A DNA stretch of 64,000 bases from Octopus sinensis. Its lineage: Eukaryota. Every line of letters begins with the position of its first letter. Position 1 is the stretch's first letter. Location: assembly GCF_006345805.1 (NCBI RefSeq), contig NC_042999.1, forward strand, positions 121,272,001-121,336,000, written 5' to 3'. The position numbers and the translations under genes were made by a program. A model generated the notes under the pieces. The model was not told the DNA's origin, made no database searches, and worked only from the letters and a program-made list of their open reading frames with translations. This document shows, piece after piece, positions 13,434 to 27,086 of this stretch.

Positions 13434-16400
13434 TTACTCTTTTACTCTTTTACTTGTTTCAGCCATCCGGCTGAGGCCATGCTGGGGCACCGCCCTTGTT
13501 GCTACCCTCTCTAAGTCCAGTTTGCCGTGGCTGGCCACTGATCTAAGAGAGAGTTTGTAGCTGCTGCCCTTAGGTTACCTTCGTACCTTGCAGTGGGTTC
13601 ATCTGGGATCCCGGAAAGCAGCTTGTCTAGATGTTTTTTGAAAATGTCCACATCCGCATCATGTAGATCTCTTAGTTTTCTTGGCAGTTTGTTGAACAGC
13701 TGAGGGCCCCTGAACCCCAGGCTATTACAGTATCTGCTCCTTACCCTGGATGTGGAAGACGGGACCTTTGGCACCACACAGTGACGACCTGTACGGGGAT
13801 TGGAACAGCTCTCAATTCCAAAATTTGGTGCTAGTCCCTCCAGGATTTTCCATATGTATATCACTGCATATCTCTCTCGTCTTCGTTCCAAGGAGTACAA
13901 ATTGAGTTCCCTAAGCCTCTCCCAATAGTTTTTTTCTTTCATGGTGGAAATCCTCTTGGTGAAATGTCTTTGGATTGTCTCAAGCTCTGTGGTTAGTTTG
14001 ACACTATGCGGTGACCACAGTTGGGAGCAGTAGTCTAGGCGGCTTAGGACAAATGTCCTCCATAGTGTCAACATGGTCTCGCAGTCTCTTGTCCGGAATG
14101 TCCTCAGGATCCAGCCAGTGAGTCGTCTGCACATTGTCGCCACCTTCGCGATGTGTGAAGAAAAAGATGCATCGTCACTCATGTCTATCCCCAGGTCCCG
14201 TATTGATTTCGATACTGGGATTTCGATCCCTCCTGGACCAGTATAGTTGTGTTGTAATGTATATGTGTTTACAGCTTGATATTGTAAGGCTTGAAATTAC
14301 CAGCATTAAATTGCATGTTGTTTTCTTCAGCCCATTTGTATATGGCATCCAGATCTTGTTGTAAAAGGTCAGCATCAGCTGGGTTTTTGATTGCCTGTGC
14401 TACCTTTGTGTCATCAGCATAGCTAGTGAGGGATGTTGTTTGTGCTACCAAGGGCATGTCAGAGAGCGCCACCAAAAACAGCAAGGGTCCCAAGACTGTG
14501 CCCTGTGGCACCCCGCTTGCTATTGGTGTCTTTCCCGAGAGGGCTCCATTGGCTGCAACCATCTGGCTTCTGTCCTTCAGGAAGTCATGTATCCACTCAC
14601 CTACTTTTCCTGTTATGCCGAGTCTGAGTAATTTGTGACATATCACTCCGTGGTCGACTTTGTCAAAGGCCTTCGCAAAGTCGAGATATACCACATCCAC
14701 CTGTGAGCGATCCAGTAGTTGTTTCAGTACCCAGTCGTAGTGTTGTAACAGCTGCGTAAGGCAGCTTCTTCCTGGGCGAAAGCCATGCTGTGTGTCAGTG
14801 AGACGGTTAGTTTCTTCGAGGAACGTGATCAGTTTTTTTCTGATGATTCGTTCCATGACCTTACTTATGTGTGACGTCAGGGAGACTGGCCTGTAGTTTT
14901 TGGCCTCTGCTCTACTCCCTCCTTTGTGGATAGGGCATATGGTGCCTTCTTTTAGCGCCCTGGGCAGTTTACCGTTAGCCAAGGAACCACTGAAGAGCAT
15001 CTTCAGTGGTCCCGCTAGGGCATGCCTGCATGTTTTTAGGAGGACTGCTGGGAATCCATCTGGTCCAGCAGCTGAGTTTATTCTCATTTCTTCTATGGCA
15101 GATATTACATCCCTCTCTGTTATGTCTATGTGGTCGATGGTTGTTGTTTGGTTTTGGAGTGTTGTGGCATCAAAGAAAACTTCTGGGTTTGTGATTTGCA
15201 TGTGCCCCAGAGGGGATGTGAACACACTTTTATACTGTTCCTTTAGTATTTCACTTATCCCTTGGGGGTCCTCAGTTAGAGAGCCCTTTTTATCAAAGAG
15301 TGGGCCAATCTTGCAGTGTACCGAGGTGGTTTCTTTCGCAAATTTAAAGAAAGCTTTAGGGTTTGTTTTAATATTCTCTATGGCCCTGGCTTCTCTCTCT
15401 GCCCTCTCCTTCTCATAGGAAAGTTTGAGTGCAGTTTCCGTTTCAAAAAGTTTCAGGTGGAGTCCCTTATTGTTTCTCTGCCGTGCATTCAGTTGCTTCG
15501 AGAGCTTAGCTCTTCGCCTCATAAGTATTTTCCTGTCTCTGGAATAACGTTCCTATGCCCGCTGGCTTTTTTCTCCGGGACAAATTATGGCATATGTTCT
15601 GTATTGTTGTCATGAAATGTTGGAAATGTGTGTTGGTCTCTTGTGTGGTGATGAAGTCACTCCAGTCATGTTTTCGGATCTCTTCGTTGATCTTCTTCCA
15701 GTTTGCCTTATGGAAGTTTAGACTGGATAGGCCTGTGGTATTTTCTAATGGCTGCGTCTCAACTAACTCTCTCATACCATATATCATTACCTCTACTAAG
15801 TTGTGATCTGAGAGAATTGTAGGTGTTACCATATGTTGTGGATGAGCATCGGTTGCTTGTGAAACAGAGGTCCAAGACATTCTCACCTCTTGTTGGCCGA
15901 AGCACTGCTTGTTCCATGAAAAACTTGCGTGTGAGAGCCACAAGGACTCTGTCTGTCTCTGTTCAAGTGATGTCATTCCAGGGAGGAGATGGCCATCTGG
16001 CCATTTGACTTTCGGAAGGTTAAAATCTCCCAGCAGTAGAATGGTGTTACCCTGGTCCAGTTTGTCCAGGACTTTTTCTATTCTTCTGAGGCTATCTTCA
16101 AACACTCCTTCATGACTAGGGGTGTCTGGTGGCCGATATGTGACACATATTACTATTTTCGGTTGTTCATGTGTACTATCAGTGTGTCACAGACTGAGTT
16201 TGAGTGTGTCAACAGTACTATGGGTGTGACATCTTCACGGACGTACAGGGCAACCCCACCATGAGTTCTTTTTCCTTCTGACCGAAAAACAGTATACTTT
16301 GGTACGTGTATTTCTGCATCTGCTATACTGCTTGACAGGTGCGTTTCAGTCAGCGCTATGCATATTGCATGGTTGCTTGTGCTTAAGTCCCTAAGGTAAG

Positions 16401-16524
16401 GAATTTTACTCATATTAGTGGGTTTCACCAGACCTCTGACATTCAGCAGAAGCACTGGTGAGATATTTGGGGTGTCAATAAAGGCTGTCGGTGTGGCACC
16501 TGGGCTGGTGTCAGCAGTGGCCAC
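13434..16524 (-). mobile_element. CR1-type LINE copy 2 (most complete ORF2, several frameshifts)
   Basis: ORFs 16153..16524 (LLNVRGL, ALTETHL), 15506..16105 (GDFNLP, SDHN), 14269..15522 (GVPQGTVLGPLLF, YADD) and 13511..14182. 3' tail is (TTACTCT)n plus a hairpin. Confidence 0.95.
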
Positions 16525-16664
16525 CCATATGGATTTATATGCATATATATATGCATAAATTCATACATAAATATAGATATATATATATTTACATGTGTAC
16601 ATATATACATATATATATATATACATGTGTACATATATACATATATATATATATACATGTGTAC

Positions 16665-16750
<86 letters not shown>

Positions 16751-16962
16751 TGTATACATATATGCATGTATATAAATATATATATGTACATATACATATA
16801 TGCATACATATAAATATATATGTACATATACATATATGCATGTATATAAATATACATATATAATACGTGTATATATGCATATATATATATATACATAAAT
16901 ATATACAAATATATATATATATATATTTTTCTTTGCTTCTTTCTGTGTTTTTTCTCTGTGTA

Positions 16963-17000
16963 TCTTTCTGTTGAAGAGCGTAGGTTCGAAACGTTAAAGA
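16963..17000 (+). ncRNA. Minimal hammerhead-ribozyme-like motif in a Penelope-type terminal repeat fragment
   Basis: TCTTT-CTGTTGA-A-GAGC-GTAG-GTTC-GAAA-CG-TT-AAAGA. Stem I is TCTTT/AAAGA, stem II is GAGC/GTTC, and stem III is the palindrome AACGTT. The core deviates from CUGANGA. Confidence 0.45.
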
Positions 17001-17799
17001 CTTGTTTTATTTATATTTCCTGAGCGCCATACTAATACAATTGTTTGTTTGTATTCCACCTGCCTTTGTCTTTTGTTTATTTCCGTAAACCTGCCTTCGT
17101 CTTTTGTCTATTTTCATAAAGCTTCCCGTTATACATATATATATATATATACATAAATATATACACATATTTATATACATATATGTACACATATACAAAT
17201 ATATATATATACATATACAATGATAAATCTCAGAGCGAGTTATAAAAAAGTGAAATCAATATATATACATATATTTATATAGATATATATACATATATGC
17301 ATATATGGATTTATATGCATATATATATGCATAAATTCATACATAAATATAGATATATATATATTTACATATATATATGTATATCCATATATATATGCAT
17401 ATACATATATATATATACATATATACATACATATACATATATAATACATACATATATACATACATATACATATATAATACATACATATATATATATATAT
17501 ATATGCATATTCATATATATAAATATACATAAATATATACAAATATACATAAATATATATATATGTATATTCATATATATGCATATATGGATATACATGC
17601 ATACACACACATATATATAAGCATAAATATATATATATACACATATATATAAATGGATATATATACATACATATAGATATACATATGGATACATATATTC
17701 ATACATATATATATATATTTATATATATACATGGTTATATATATATACATGGATATATATATATGAATATATATATGTCGATATAAAAAGCAGTGATTA

Positions 17800-18728
17800 A
17801 AAAAAACAATTTTGAGTCAACAACTTTATACAACATCACGCTTCCATACATTTGATCATATATAAATATTAACATGGCTTTTAACAAATAAAGAATACAT
17901 ATATAAAAACCCAAAAGATAAAAAATATATAAGGAAATAAAATTACAAACATATATAATGGCCTATTAAGAATGCATATACAATTGACTAAAACTTTAAA
18001 GCCTCTCATCAGATTAAAAATCTAAATAAAATAAAATATCAATTGACTAAAAAGTCTTTTTTTTACTCCCCTCACATAAGAATTTGTTAAAAAATTTCAT
18101 TTCATAAAAACCAAGTTAGGTTGGAGTCCAGAGCATCCTATGATTAGCAGCCACCTACACGTTTAGCAATGAAAGAAAATAATCGTTTTTATGAGAAAAT
18201 TTGGACTGGTCCTGCAATAGAATTTCTTTAAGTTAGGTATGTAGCTGTTTTGTAACTCCCGTGAACAAACAGTTTGTTGATATTCCTGTTCATCTTGATG
18301 AGGAGGGTCATTGGCGGGGTGCACTTTAACTCACAATTAAACCATGGCAGTGAATTGCCGAAATGGACATAAATGTGATTTGACATGATTTTGTGGAACT
18401 CTTTTATGCTCCTGGACTAACCTACCTTGGTTTTTATGAAACAAACTTTTTTTTACATATTTTTACTTGAGGGGAGTATGAAAAAATATTTTTTTTAGTT
18501 GATTGATATTTTATTTTATTAATATTTTAAGCCGATTATGTATACCTAATTGATAGGCCATTCTATATGTTTATATTTTTAGTTGCATATATATTTTGTA
18601 CCTTCTGTGTATTTCATATATATATATATATTCTTTGTATGTTTAAGGCCATGGTAATATTTATGCATTATGAAATGTATGGACGTGTGGTGTTATATAA
18701 AGTTGTTGACGCAAATTTCGTGTTTGTT
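17800..18728. mobile_element. Foldback/MITE-like element with ~330-bp imperfect inverted arms
   Basis: 17800-18136 aligns with the reverse complement of 18405-18728 (shared GTCAACAACTTTATA, ACTCCCCTCA, TTTCATAAAAACCAAG). Flanked by TA repeats. Confidence 0.8.
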
Positions 18729-18830
18729 CTCTTATCAATAATTTTTGTATCCATATATATAAATATAAATATATCCATATATATATATATATATATGTAC
18801 ATATATATATATATATATATATTTTTTTTT

Positions 18831-19510
18831 CTAGTTTCAGCTCAGAGCTGTGGCCATGCTGATGCACTGCTGTTTTGTGCTACACTGTTATTACAACAAA
18901 CCTCGTCTACTATGTGGCACTTGGTGAAGAATGGAGTTTGATACAGCTACTCTCATTTGCACCTCTTGCCGTGAGGTAGGTTCATCTAGGACTCTTGACA
19001 GAAAGATGTCCAGCTATGATTTAAAAACCGCTACATCTACTTTGTGCAAGTTCCTCAGACTCTTTCGGAGAATATTAAAAAGCTGTGGGCCCTTGAAACC
19101 CAGGCTGTTGCAGAAGCTGGTCCTTAAGCGTGATGGCATTGCTGGGATCTTTGGCACTATGCAGTGTCATCCCGTTTTAGCATTGGTGTAGCTTACAATG
19201 CCAAAATTTGGCACAATTTCTTCCAGGATCTTCCAGACATATATAACTGCATACCTCTCCCGTCTTCTCTCCAGGGAGTAGAGTCTTAGCTGTTTCAACC
19301 TTTCCCAGTAGCTGAGCTGTTGCAAAGAGACGATCTTCTTTGTGAATCTTCTCTGGATTGCTTCAAGGTCCGCTGTTAATTTTACACTGGTGGGTGACCA
19401 TAGCTGTGAGCAGTAATCCAGGCGACTGAGGACGAATGTCCACCAGAGGACCATCATGGTTTCCTTATCTCTGGTTCTGAATGTTCTTAGGATCCACCCA
19501 GCCAGTCGTC
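18831..19510 (-). mobile_element. 5'-truncated CR1-type LINE copy 3
   Basis: RLAGWILRTF...LDYCSQLWSP...YSLERRRERY. Its 3' end CTAGTTTCAGCTCAGAGCTGTGGCCATGCTG matches copy 1. Confidence 0.9.
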
Positions 19511-19800
19511 TTGTTCATCACCACTGTAGCATTTCCCTTGTCCGCTGCAAGTATTATGATGGAACTGTCACTCTGTAGTCTTTTGATAGTGAAATTTCTT
19601 CCTTAGTGATGTTTGGTTTGGGAAGTTTCTCTTTTTCTAGTACATGTCTCACTTTCCACCTTAGTTCATCTCCCTGAGCTTTTGGTATATTTATGGCTAT
19701 CTCTTCAATAGGGGCTATTATGTCCAAGTGTGGAATGCGCTTGACAGTTGTAGCAAAGTTGAGACCTTTGTTTAGTACTGCTTCTTTAGTGGCCAGCTGA
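19511..19800 (-). mobile_element. Penelope-like element RT N-terminal fragment
   Basis: Translates as EAVLNKGLNFATTVKRIPHLDIIAPIEE...LPKPNITKEE...SIIILAADKGNATVVMNK. The KGLNF and ADKG motifs are typical of PLE reverse transcriptases. It may extend to about 20690. Confidence 0.8.
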
Positions 19801-20407
19801 GTTTGCCATTTCTAAAAGCCAAGAATCATTTACTATTGAAAGACTGACCAGTAGCAAAAATGTAAACACGTTTTTCTTCTTTTTCTTCTCCTCCTTCCTT
19901 TTATTCCCCTTTCCCATTTGACACTTCTTTCAGATACACAGATACCCACATATTTATCTATTAAGATATAATATGGCTTTAAAAGACATAATAAACTCAG
20001 GAATATCTTAAACTCAGTTATAGTCAATATCTAATTACCAAATTATTTAACAAAATAATCACTATTCATATCTATTTTCAATCTATTTTTTTACCTTAAA
20101 AATTAATATTTAATATAATAAATGGGTTGTATGACAAAATCCTAATGTTTTAAGTTTCTAATTTGATAATTAGAATTAGAGTTTTTTTAAGATAAATCAT
20201 TATTTTATTCATTTCTTAAAAAATATTGCTTAACTCTATTTGCTTATTTATTTAACTATTATCATTAACCTGAAGATTGACTATAATTTTAATTCGAATT
20301 TTTAATTGAATTTAAACTTAATTGTAATTCGAATTGAATTATAGACATGAAACGTACATAGTGTTTTTACTTATTATATTATATTAAACCTTTTAATTAG
20401 TTTAATA

Positions 20408-20462
<55 letters not shown>

Positions 20463-20801
20463 TTAAAAATTTCAAATTTCAAAAATTTAAATTTTATATT
20501 TTATATATATTTTGTATATTATATTAATTATATTTATTTTTTGTTTTTTATGTTTTGGTTTATGTCTATCACTGTTTGAGTTGCCTAATAGTGTTTTTAT
20601 CTCTAATTTATATTTATACTGTGAAATTTGATTTAATCCTAAATCTAGTTTTTCCCTGTAAGTTTGGATATACTCCCTAATAATATCATTATTATTATAT
20701 ATATATGTACACATATATATACATACATATATATGTATGTGTGTATATATATATATATATGTGTACATATATATACATATATATGTATGTGTGTATATAT
20801 A

Positions 20802-20842
<41 letters not shown>

Positions 20843-20873
20843 TATATATACATACACACACACACATATATAT

Positions 20874-21147
20874 ACTCTTTTACTTGTTTCAGTCATTTGA
20901 CTGCAGCCATGCTGGAGCACCGCCTTTAGTCGAGCAAATCGACCACAGGACTTATTCTTTGTAAGCCTAGTACTTATTCTCTTTTGTCGAACCACTAAGT
21001 TACGGGGACGTAAACACACACGCATCGGTTGTCAAGCGATGTTGGGGGGACAAACACAGACATACATACATATATATATACAGATACATATATACAATGG
21101 ACTTCTTTCAGTTTCCGTCTACCAAATGCACTCACAAGGCCTTGGTT
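20874..21147 (-). mobile_element. SINE (3' part) carrying a CR1-like 3' tail
   Basis: TACTCTTTTACTTGTTTCAGTCATTTGACTGCAGCCATGCTGGAGCACCGCC closely matches the 3' end of LINE copy 2, followed by a non-coding body. A decayed second copy lies at about 30597-30710. Confidence 0.75.
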
Positions 21148-21268
21148 ATATATATACATATGTAGACTTTTACTCTACTCTAAATGCTTTGCAGCATTCG
21201 TCTTTAAAACCAGTGGTGTTCTGATTGCATCCCGACTATGAAATCCAGCTTTGTGCAGCTCCTGGTGC

Positions 21269-23280
21269 ATATATATTACTGCATACCTCTCCTGCCTTAG
21301 CTCTAAGGAGTAGAGTCTTAGCTGTTTCAGCCTTTCCCGGTAGGTGAGCTATTACAAAGAGTGAAGCTTCGCTGGATTGCTTCAAGGTCCGCTGTTAATT
21401 TTACACTGTTGGGTGACCATAGATGGGAGCAGTAATCCATGTGGTTGGAGACGAATATCCTCCAGACGATCATCATGGCTTCCTTTTCTCTGGTCGTGAA
21501 TGTTCTCAAGATCCATCAATCCAGTCATCTGCACTTTGTTGCCATCTTGGTAATGTGCACTTGGAAAGAGATGTCATCACTCATGCCAATACCCAGGTCC
21601 CTCACTGATATAAGCACTGGGATTGTAATCCCCTGTAGACCAGTGTACCCTGTAAGTTTTATATTCAGTTTTGCATACTGGTAGCACAAGGCTTGGAATT
21701 TTTCAGCATTAAACTGCATATTATTATCCTCAGCCCATCTGTAAATTGAGTGCAACTCTTGCTGCAGGTGTGGAACATCGCTGGGGTTCTGTATTTTCTG
21801 CGAGACTTTCATATTGTCTGCATAGCTAGCAACAGTGGCTATCCGGGCAGTTGAGGGAATATCTGAGCGGGCCACTATGAAAAGCAGTGGTCCCAAGACA
21901 GTGCCCTGTGGAACACCGCTCACTATTTGGGTTTCCATTGAGGTCACTCCATTGGCCACTATTGCCTAACTTCTATCTTTTAGAAAGTCATATAGCCACT
22001 CTCCAAGTTTTCCAGCAATGCTGAGATCATGCAGTTTGTAGCATATCATACTATGATCCAGTTTATCAAAAGCTTTTGCAAAATCAATGTATATTACGTC
22101 CACATTTGAGTTGTTGAGTAACTACCTCAACATCCAGTCATAGTGCTGGGTGAAGCAGCTCCTAACTGTTTGAAAGCCATACTGGGTATCACTCAGCAAG
22201 TCGTTTTCTTCAAAGAATGCGATTAGTTTCCCTCTGACTATCCATTCCATTATTTTGCTGATGTGTGAAGTCAGAGAGATAGGTCTATAGTTTTTGGCAT
22301 CTGCTATGCTTTCCACTTTATGGATTGGGCATATTATTCTCTCATTTAGTTTCCTTGGCAGCCTGCCATTTGCAAGAAAGCTCTGGAAGAGAATCTGTAG
22401 TGGTGTTGCCAGGGCATGCTTACACAACTTGATGAGGGTGGGTGGGAAACCATGAGGACCAGCACTTAAGTTTGTGTCCACCTCATCTATGGCTAGTAGT
22501 ATATCTTCTTCATTAATGTCAATGTATGCCATCGTAATTGCCTCGCTGGTTATAGGTGAGGTGGCAAAGAAATCCACTCGTTAGTTCACTTGTCTATATT
22601 CCAACGAGGATGTAAAGGCACTTTTGAACTAGTCATTGAGCACCTCGTTGATCCTTGTTGGAGGGAGCCATCCTTTTGGAAGAGGGGTCCTATCTTGCAG
22701 GGTATTAAAGCTGTTTCTTTCATATAATGAAATAAGGCCCTTGGGTTTGACTTAATGTCTTTTTATAACCCAGGCTTCTTTGTCTGCTGTCTCCCTCACA
22801 TAGGATTGTTGCAGGATTTTTTCAATCTCCATCAGTGTTTTTTTTAGGCGGGACTTTTCGCTACTTTTAAAATGTTGGTTAAGGCAATTTGCAATCTTTG
22901 TCCGTTGTCTCAGGAGGATCTTCCTCTCCCTCATAATCTTGTTCATTTTTCTGTTGGCCTTGAGCTCTGGGACATATTTCTGGCATATGGTTTCCATAAC
23001 AAACATGAAATATTCTAGTTTCATGCCAAAGTTTGGTGTGGAGAGACATTTCACCCTAGTTGGTCTCAGTACAAATTGCTCCATGAACAGGGTATTGGTG
23101 AGGTTGAGCAGAGACTCCACCTGTGGTTGTTTGCAATGAGTCATTCCTGAGAGCATGAGGCCTTAGGGCAATTTGTCATTGGAGAAACTAAATCACCCGT
23201 AAGAAATATGGTCACGTGGTGTTCCAGTTTCATGAGGATGTCTTTAATTCTTGTGAGGCAATCTTCAAACTTGCCTATGA
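21269..23280 (-). mobile_element. CR1-type LINE copy 4, heavily decayed
   Basis: GKFEDCL, NYRPISLTSHISK, GVPQGTVLGPLLF, YADN (degenerate YADD) and MDYCSHLWSP. Contains stops, frameshifts and an internal deletion near 23045. Confidence 0.9.
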
Positions 23281-23362
23281 TGGTTCTAAGTATTAGGTAC
23301 AGGAAATGGTCAGCATAAGGAGTAGACAACCACCATTTACATAAATATATACACTATATATG

Positions 23363-23412
<50 letters not shown>

Positions 23413-26400
23413 CATATGTGTGTATATATATGTATGTGTAGACATATATATCTGTGTCTGTGTATATATATATATATATAACACACATAGATCATATATG
23501 CATTGACATACACTTATGTATGTATTTATACATACACACAGAGTTGCATATATGTAATATATAAACACAAGCTGTATGTATGTGTAGGTGATGAATGCTA
23601 TATATAATCATACACTATATTTACATAAAGATACAAAAATCTATAGAGACAGACAAGAAGACACATACACAGAAACACTGATATATAATCATATAGTATT
23701 TTTATATAAACATACATACTGTTATATATATATATATATATATATACATACACACACACACACACACATCTATGTGTCAGTGTTTTGTGTGTTTCAGTAT
23801 GTATGTATGAATATTTATATGTATATTATATATATATATATATATATGCATACATAGACATGTAACTTATGAACTATGGGAACTCATAAACATACATATG
23901 AATGTGTAAAATTTGCATCCATGTACATCAAAGGAAAATATTTGGATCCAATGTCATATAACTGAGATAAAAATAAGATTTCTTTGATACAGTTAATGTT
24001 CTGAACATATAGGTAAAGTTTGAAATACATGAAGAAATCATATTTTTGACTCAGTATGCATAGAAAAATTTTGTTTACTTTTTCTTAGCTACCATCTGCA
24101 TACACAAACGCATATATGTACAATAATACATCATTTCTTTCTAAATTGATTTAATAAACATAAAAATGCTTAATTGTAAATATAATCAAATGCTATCACA
24201 TCAGACCTATAAAAGGTAAATAAATTCATGTTAGATAAATTTAAGCAAAACATATTCATTAAAATGACACAACATCCAAATTACTGTTTTTTTTTTCTTT
24301 TTTTTTTGTAGAATTTCTTTTGTGTGTGGTTATTTTGTAATCTTTTAAACCAGATCAAATCAAAGAGTCAAGCCTAAGAAGCTCGTATTGCAAATGTCTG
24401 AGATTTTAATTCTAGTAAATGCACATCAGAATTACAAATCAAATAAATTGCACAAAGTTTAATTATTGTTAATTTATGTACCTTGAGACTAAATATCTTA
24501 CATTATGGGGAATTTTATAATACTTTGCTTTGAGATTTAATATCTGCTTTACAAGTGCTATTTTTACAATGTTTTTTAATAAAACAGAATCATACAGTAA
24601 GAAAGAATAATGACAAATAAAGCGTTTTTTTCTCTATAAGAAAAAATATCTAAATGTCAATATTTCAGAAGCAATTTTAATACCAATATATGTCTAAGTA
24701 AACTTATTCTGCACTGATAATGTCATAAAAGTGTAATTATTACAAGTGTACAAATTTAAAATCTAAATGTAAAACTGAAAACTACTTTCATTTTGGTTGG
24801 TTTGAGCAGAACGAATCTTCACAAAGTAAAAATTAATTCAACTATATGCATACTGAGAAAAAGAAAAAAATAGAGAAGGAAACGGCTATGTTATAAAGAA
24901 CCAATTTTAAAACTAACAAGGGATTCTACCAAATAAAGCAAACTGAATTCATCCGGATACACCTTATCGTGTTATTTTAGATTTATTTGCTAAATATAAT
25001 ACTAACATATATTTAAGTGATATTTAATATACCACCAGAATAGTCATATATTCTGAGCACTACATTTTTAATAATAGGAAATTTGAAAACTATCCCTATA
25101 CCACTTAAAATAAGATATTATTTAATTACGTTACTGCTTAATTGCCCAATTACATAACATAATACTTCAAGAATATAATGTCTTACTTTCCTCACATTTA
25201 ATTTCATTGTCAAAACTTGAAATATCACCACCATTATCATCAATGTTTAACATCCACTTTCTCATCTTGTATAGACCAGATAAGACTTTGTTGAGTTAGC
25301 TTCTCTTCCTGTTGCAATCCCTCACCCTCTTTCCAAGCAAAATGCTATTTCACCATAGCTAGATATGCTTTATATGGAAGACTGCAAACAAACACCACTT
25401 GTATGATGATGATACTTGTTTACAACCATAATGTAATGCCAAGACAAGGGTAGGTGCACACACATATTTGACAGGATTCTACTGAGCCCACTTACAAGGT
25501 TTTGGTTGGCCTGAAACTGTAGAAGGCACATGTCCAAGCTGTCACACAATGAGATTTGGACCTGAGGCTATATGGTTGAGAGAGAAGCTTCTCAACAACA
25601 GACACACATTTCCTATATGTATTTATCTAGTATGTAATATTACTTAAGACTTTGTATTGAAATTGGAGCCATTACATAACTGAAATGCTGTTTTAGCCAT
25701 CGGTACCAAACTAAAATATGTTGTACTCATTTATCATCATTCGTGATGTGAAAACATTTTTTGTATCACTGCAAAATGGTCAGAGACAGTTCTAAAATCA
25801 CAAAATAAACAGGGAGTAAGTATAATAGTTTTTGATGGCTAAAAATATATTCCACATATTTTTCATGCTTTCCTTTGTAGGAAAGTTTTAATCTCTAGCT
25901 TTTAAAATATAACTACCTGAGTTAGTTTTCCTTTTTTCACTTGTTAAAATTTAATATAGTCTATTATAACAATTAAAATGGATGATAGTTATATATGACA
26001 CTGTGACTGTACCTAACCACAGAAAATTGTAAAGGTAATCTGTGGATGAAAAGACTGTAAATCCTAAACTTCTTGCACATAGCATTAAGTTTTCAGAAGT
26101 AACATTAGAACTGCACTATATCTTAAAAGCCACTTATAACAATATAAGATTTAAATACAAAAATACACTTAACTGCATATTTGCATAATGTTTACAATCT
26201 ATTATTTTATTTAAGGATTAATTCTGCATTTGTTTTAAGATATATTCTGTCATGAATAATAATCAATGAGTGATTATGCAAATAAATAGTCAATCTAAAG
26301 AATCAATACAGTACAAAGAATCACAATCAATATTATTTTGTTTTACTTTTAGTAAGATGGGAGATAGAACTAAACACTCGCTGGAGGACAGATCTAATAA

Positions 26401-26437
26401 AGAGATGCCACTATATCAAAACTATATATAAATATAA

Positions 26438-26482
<45 letters not shown>

Positions 26483-26717
26483 ATTGCTTGTATGCACTAT
26501 AAGAAATAGAGAAAAGTGCATAAAGTATAATTTTATTTTGTCAAGCTTGAACATTTCTCAGACAACCTTAGTACTAATTAACTTAATAAGCAACAATAAG
26601 AACTTTTGGTCAGAGGTTATTCTTGTATTAAGCATTTATCTAATTTAAAGTAGAATTAGCAGCTTTGAATTTCCTACATAAATTAATTCGGGTCTCCAAA
26701 ACAGCATCACTTCCAAT

Positions 26718-26739
26718 TCAGGTATCACCAACATTCTTC
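26718..26739 (-). CDS. Candidate terminal coding exon (R)KNVGDT*
   Basis: Strong acceptor TTTTCTTTTTTAAGTTAG| after a 347-nt intron. The phase-2 join gives R-K-N-V-G-D-T-TGA. AATAAA on the minus strand at 26532-26537. Confidence 0.5.
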
Positions 26740-27086
26740 CTAACTTAAAAAAGAAAACATATTTTAATTATAATAATAAAATGCTTAATTTTTTTAAAGG
26801 ACAACTTGATTTTTAATGAAATATTAGGGAAGTTATCCAAATACTTTCAGTATATACTAATACAAACTAATTCAACAGAAAAAGTGCAGATATTTTATTT
26901 ATTTTATTATTATCACAGATAAATATGATTTTGTTGTTAGATACATTGCTATATTAGTAAAGTTTTAATTATTATTAAATGCAATTTAAAACAGAAGCAG
27001 AATTTCCCAGCCATCAAAACATTTGCAAAATATGAAGCCAAATACTTGATTTTCTTCAACAATTAAAATTTTTCATTTAAACTTAC

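Noticed and set aside
9241-16115. Plus-strand ORFs overlapping the LINEs (e.g. 10865..11311, 14900..15418)
   Set aside because: Antisense shadows of LINE ORF2.
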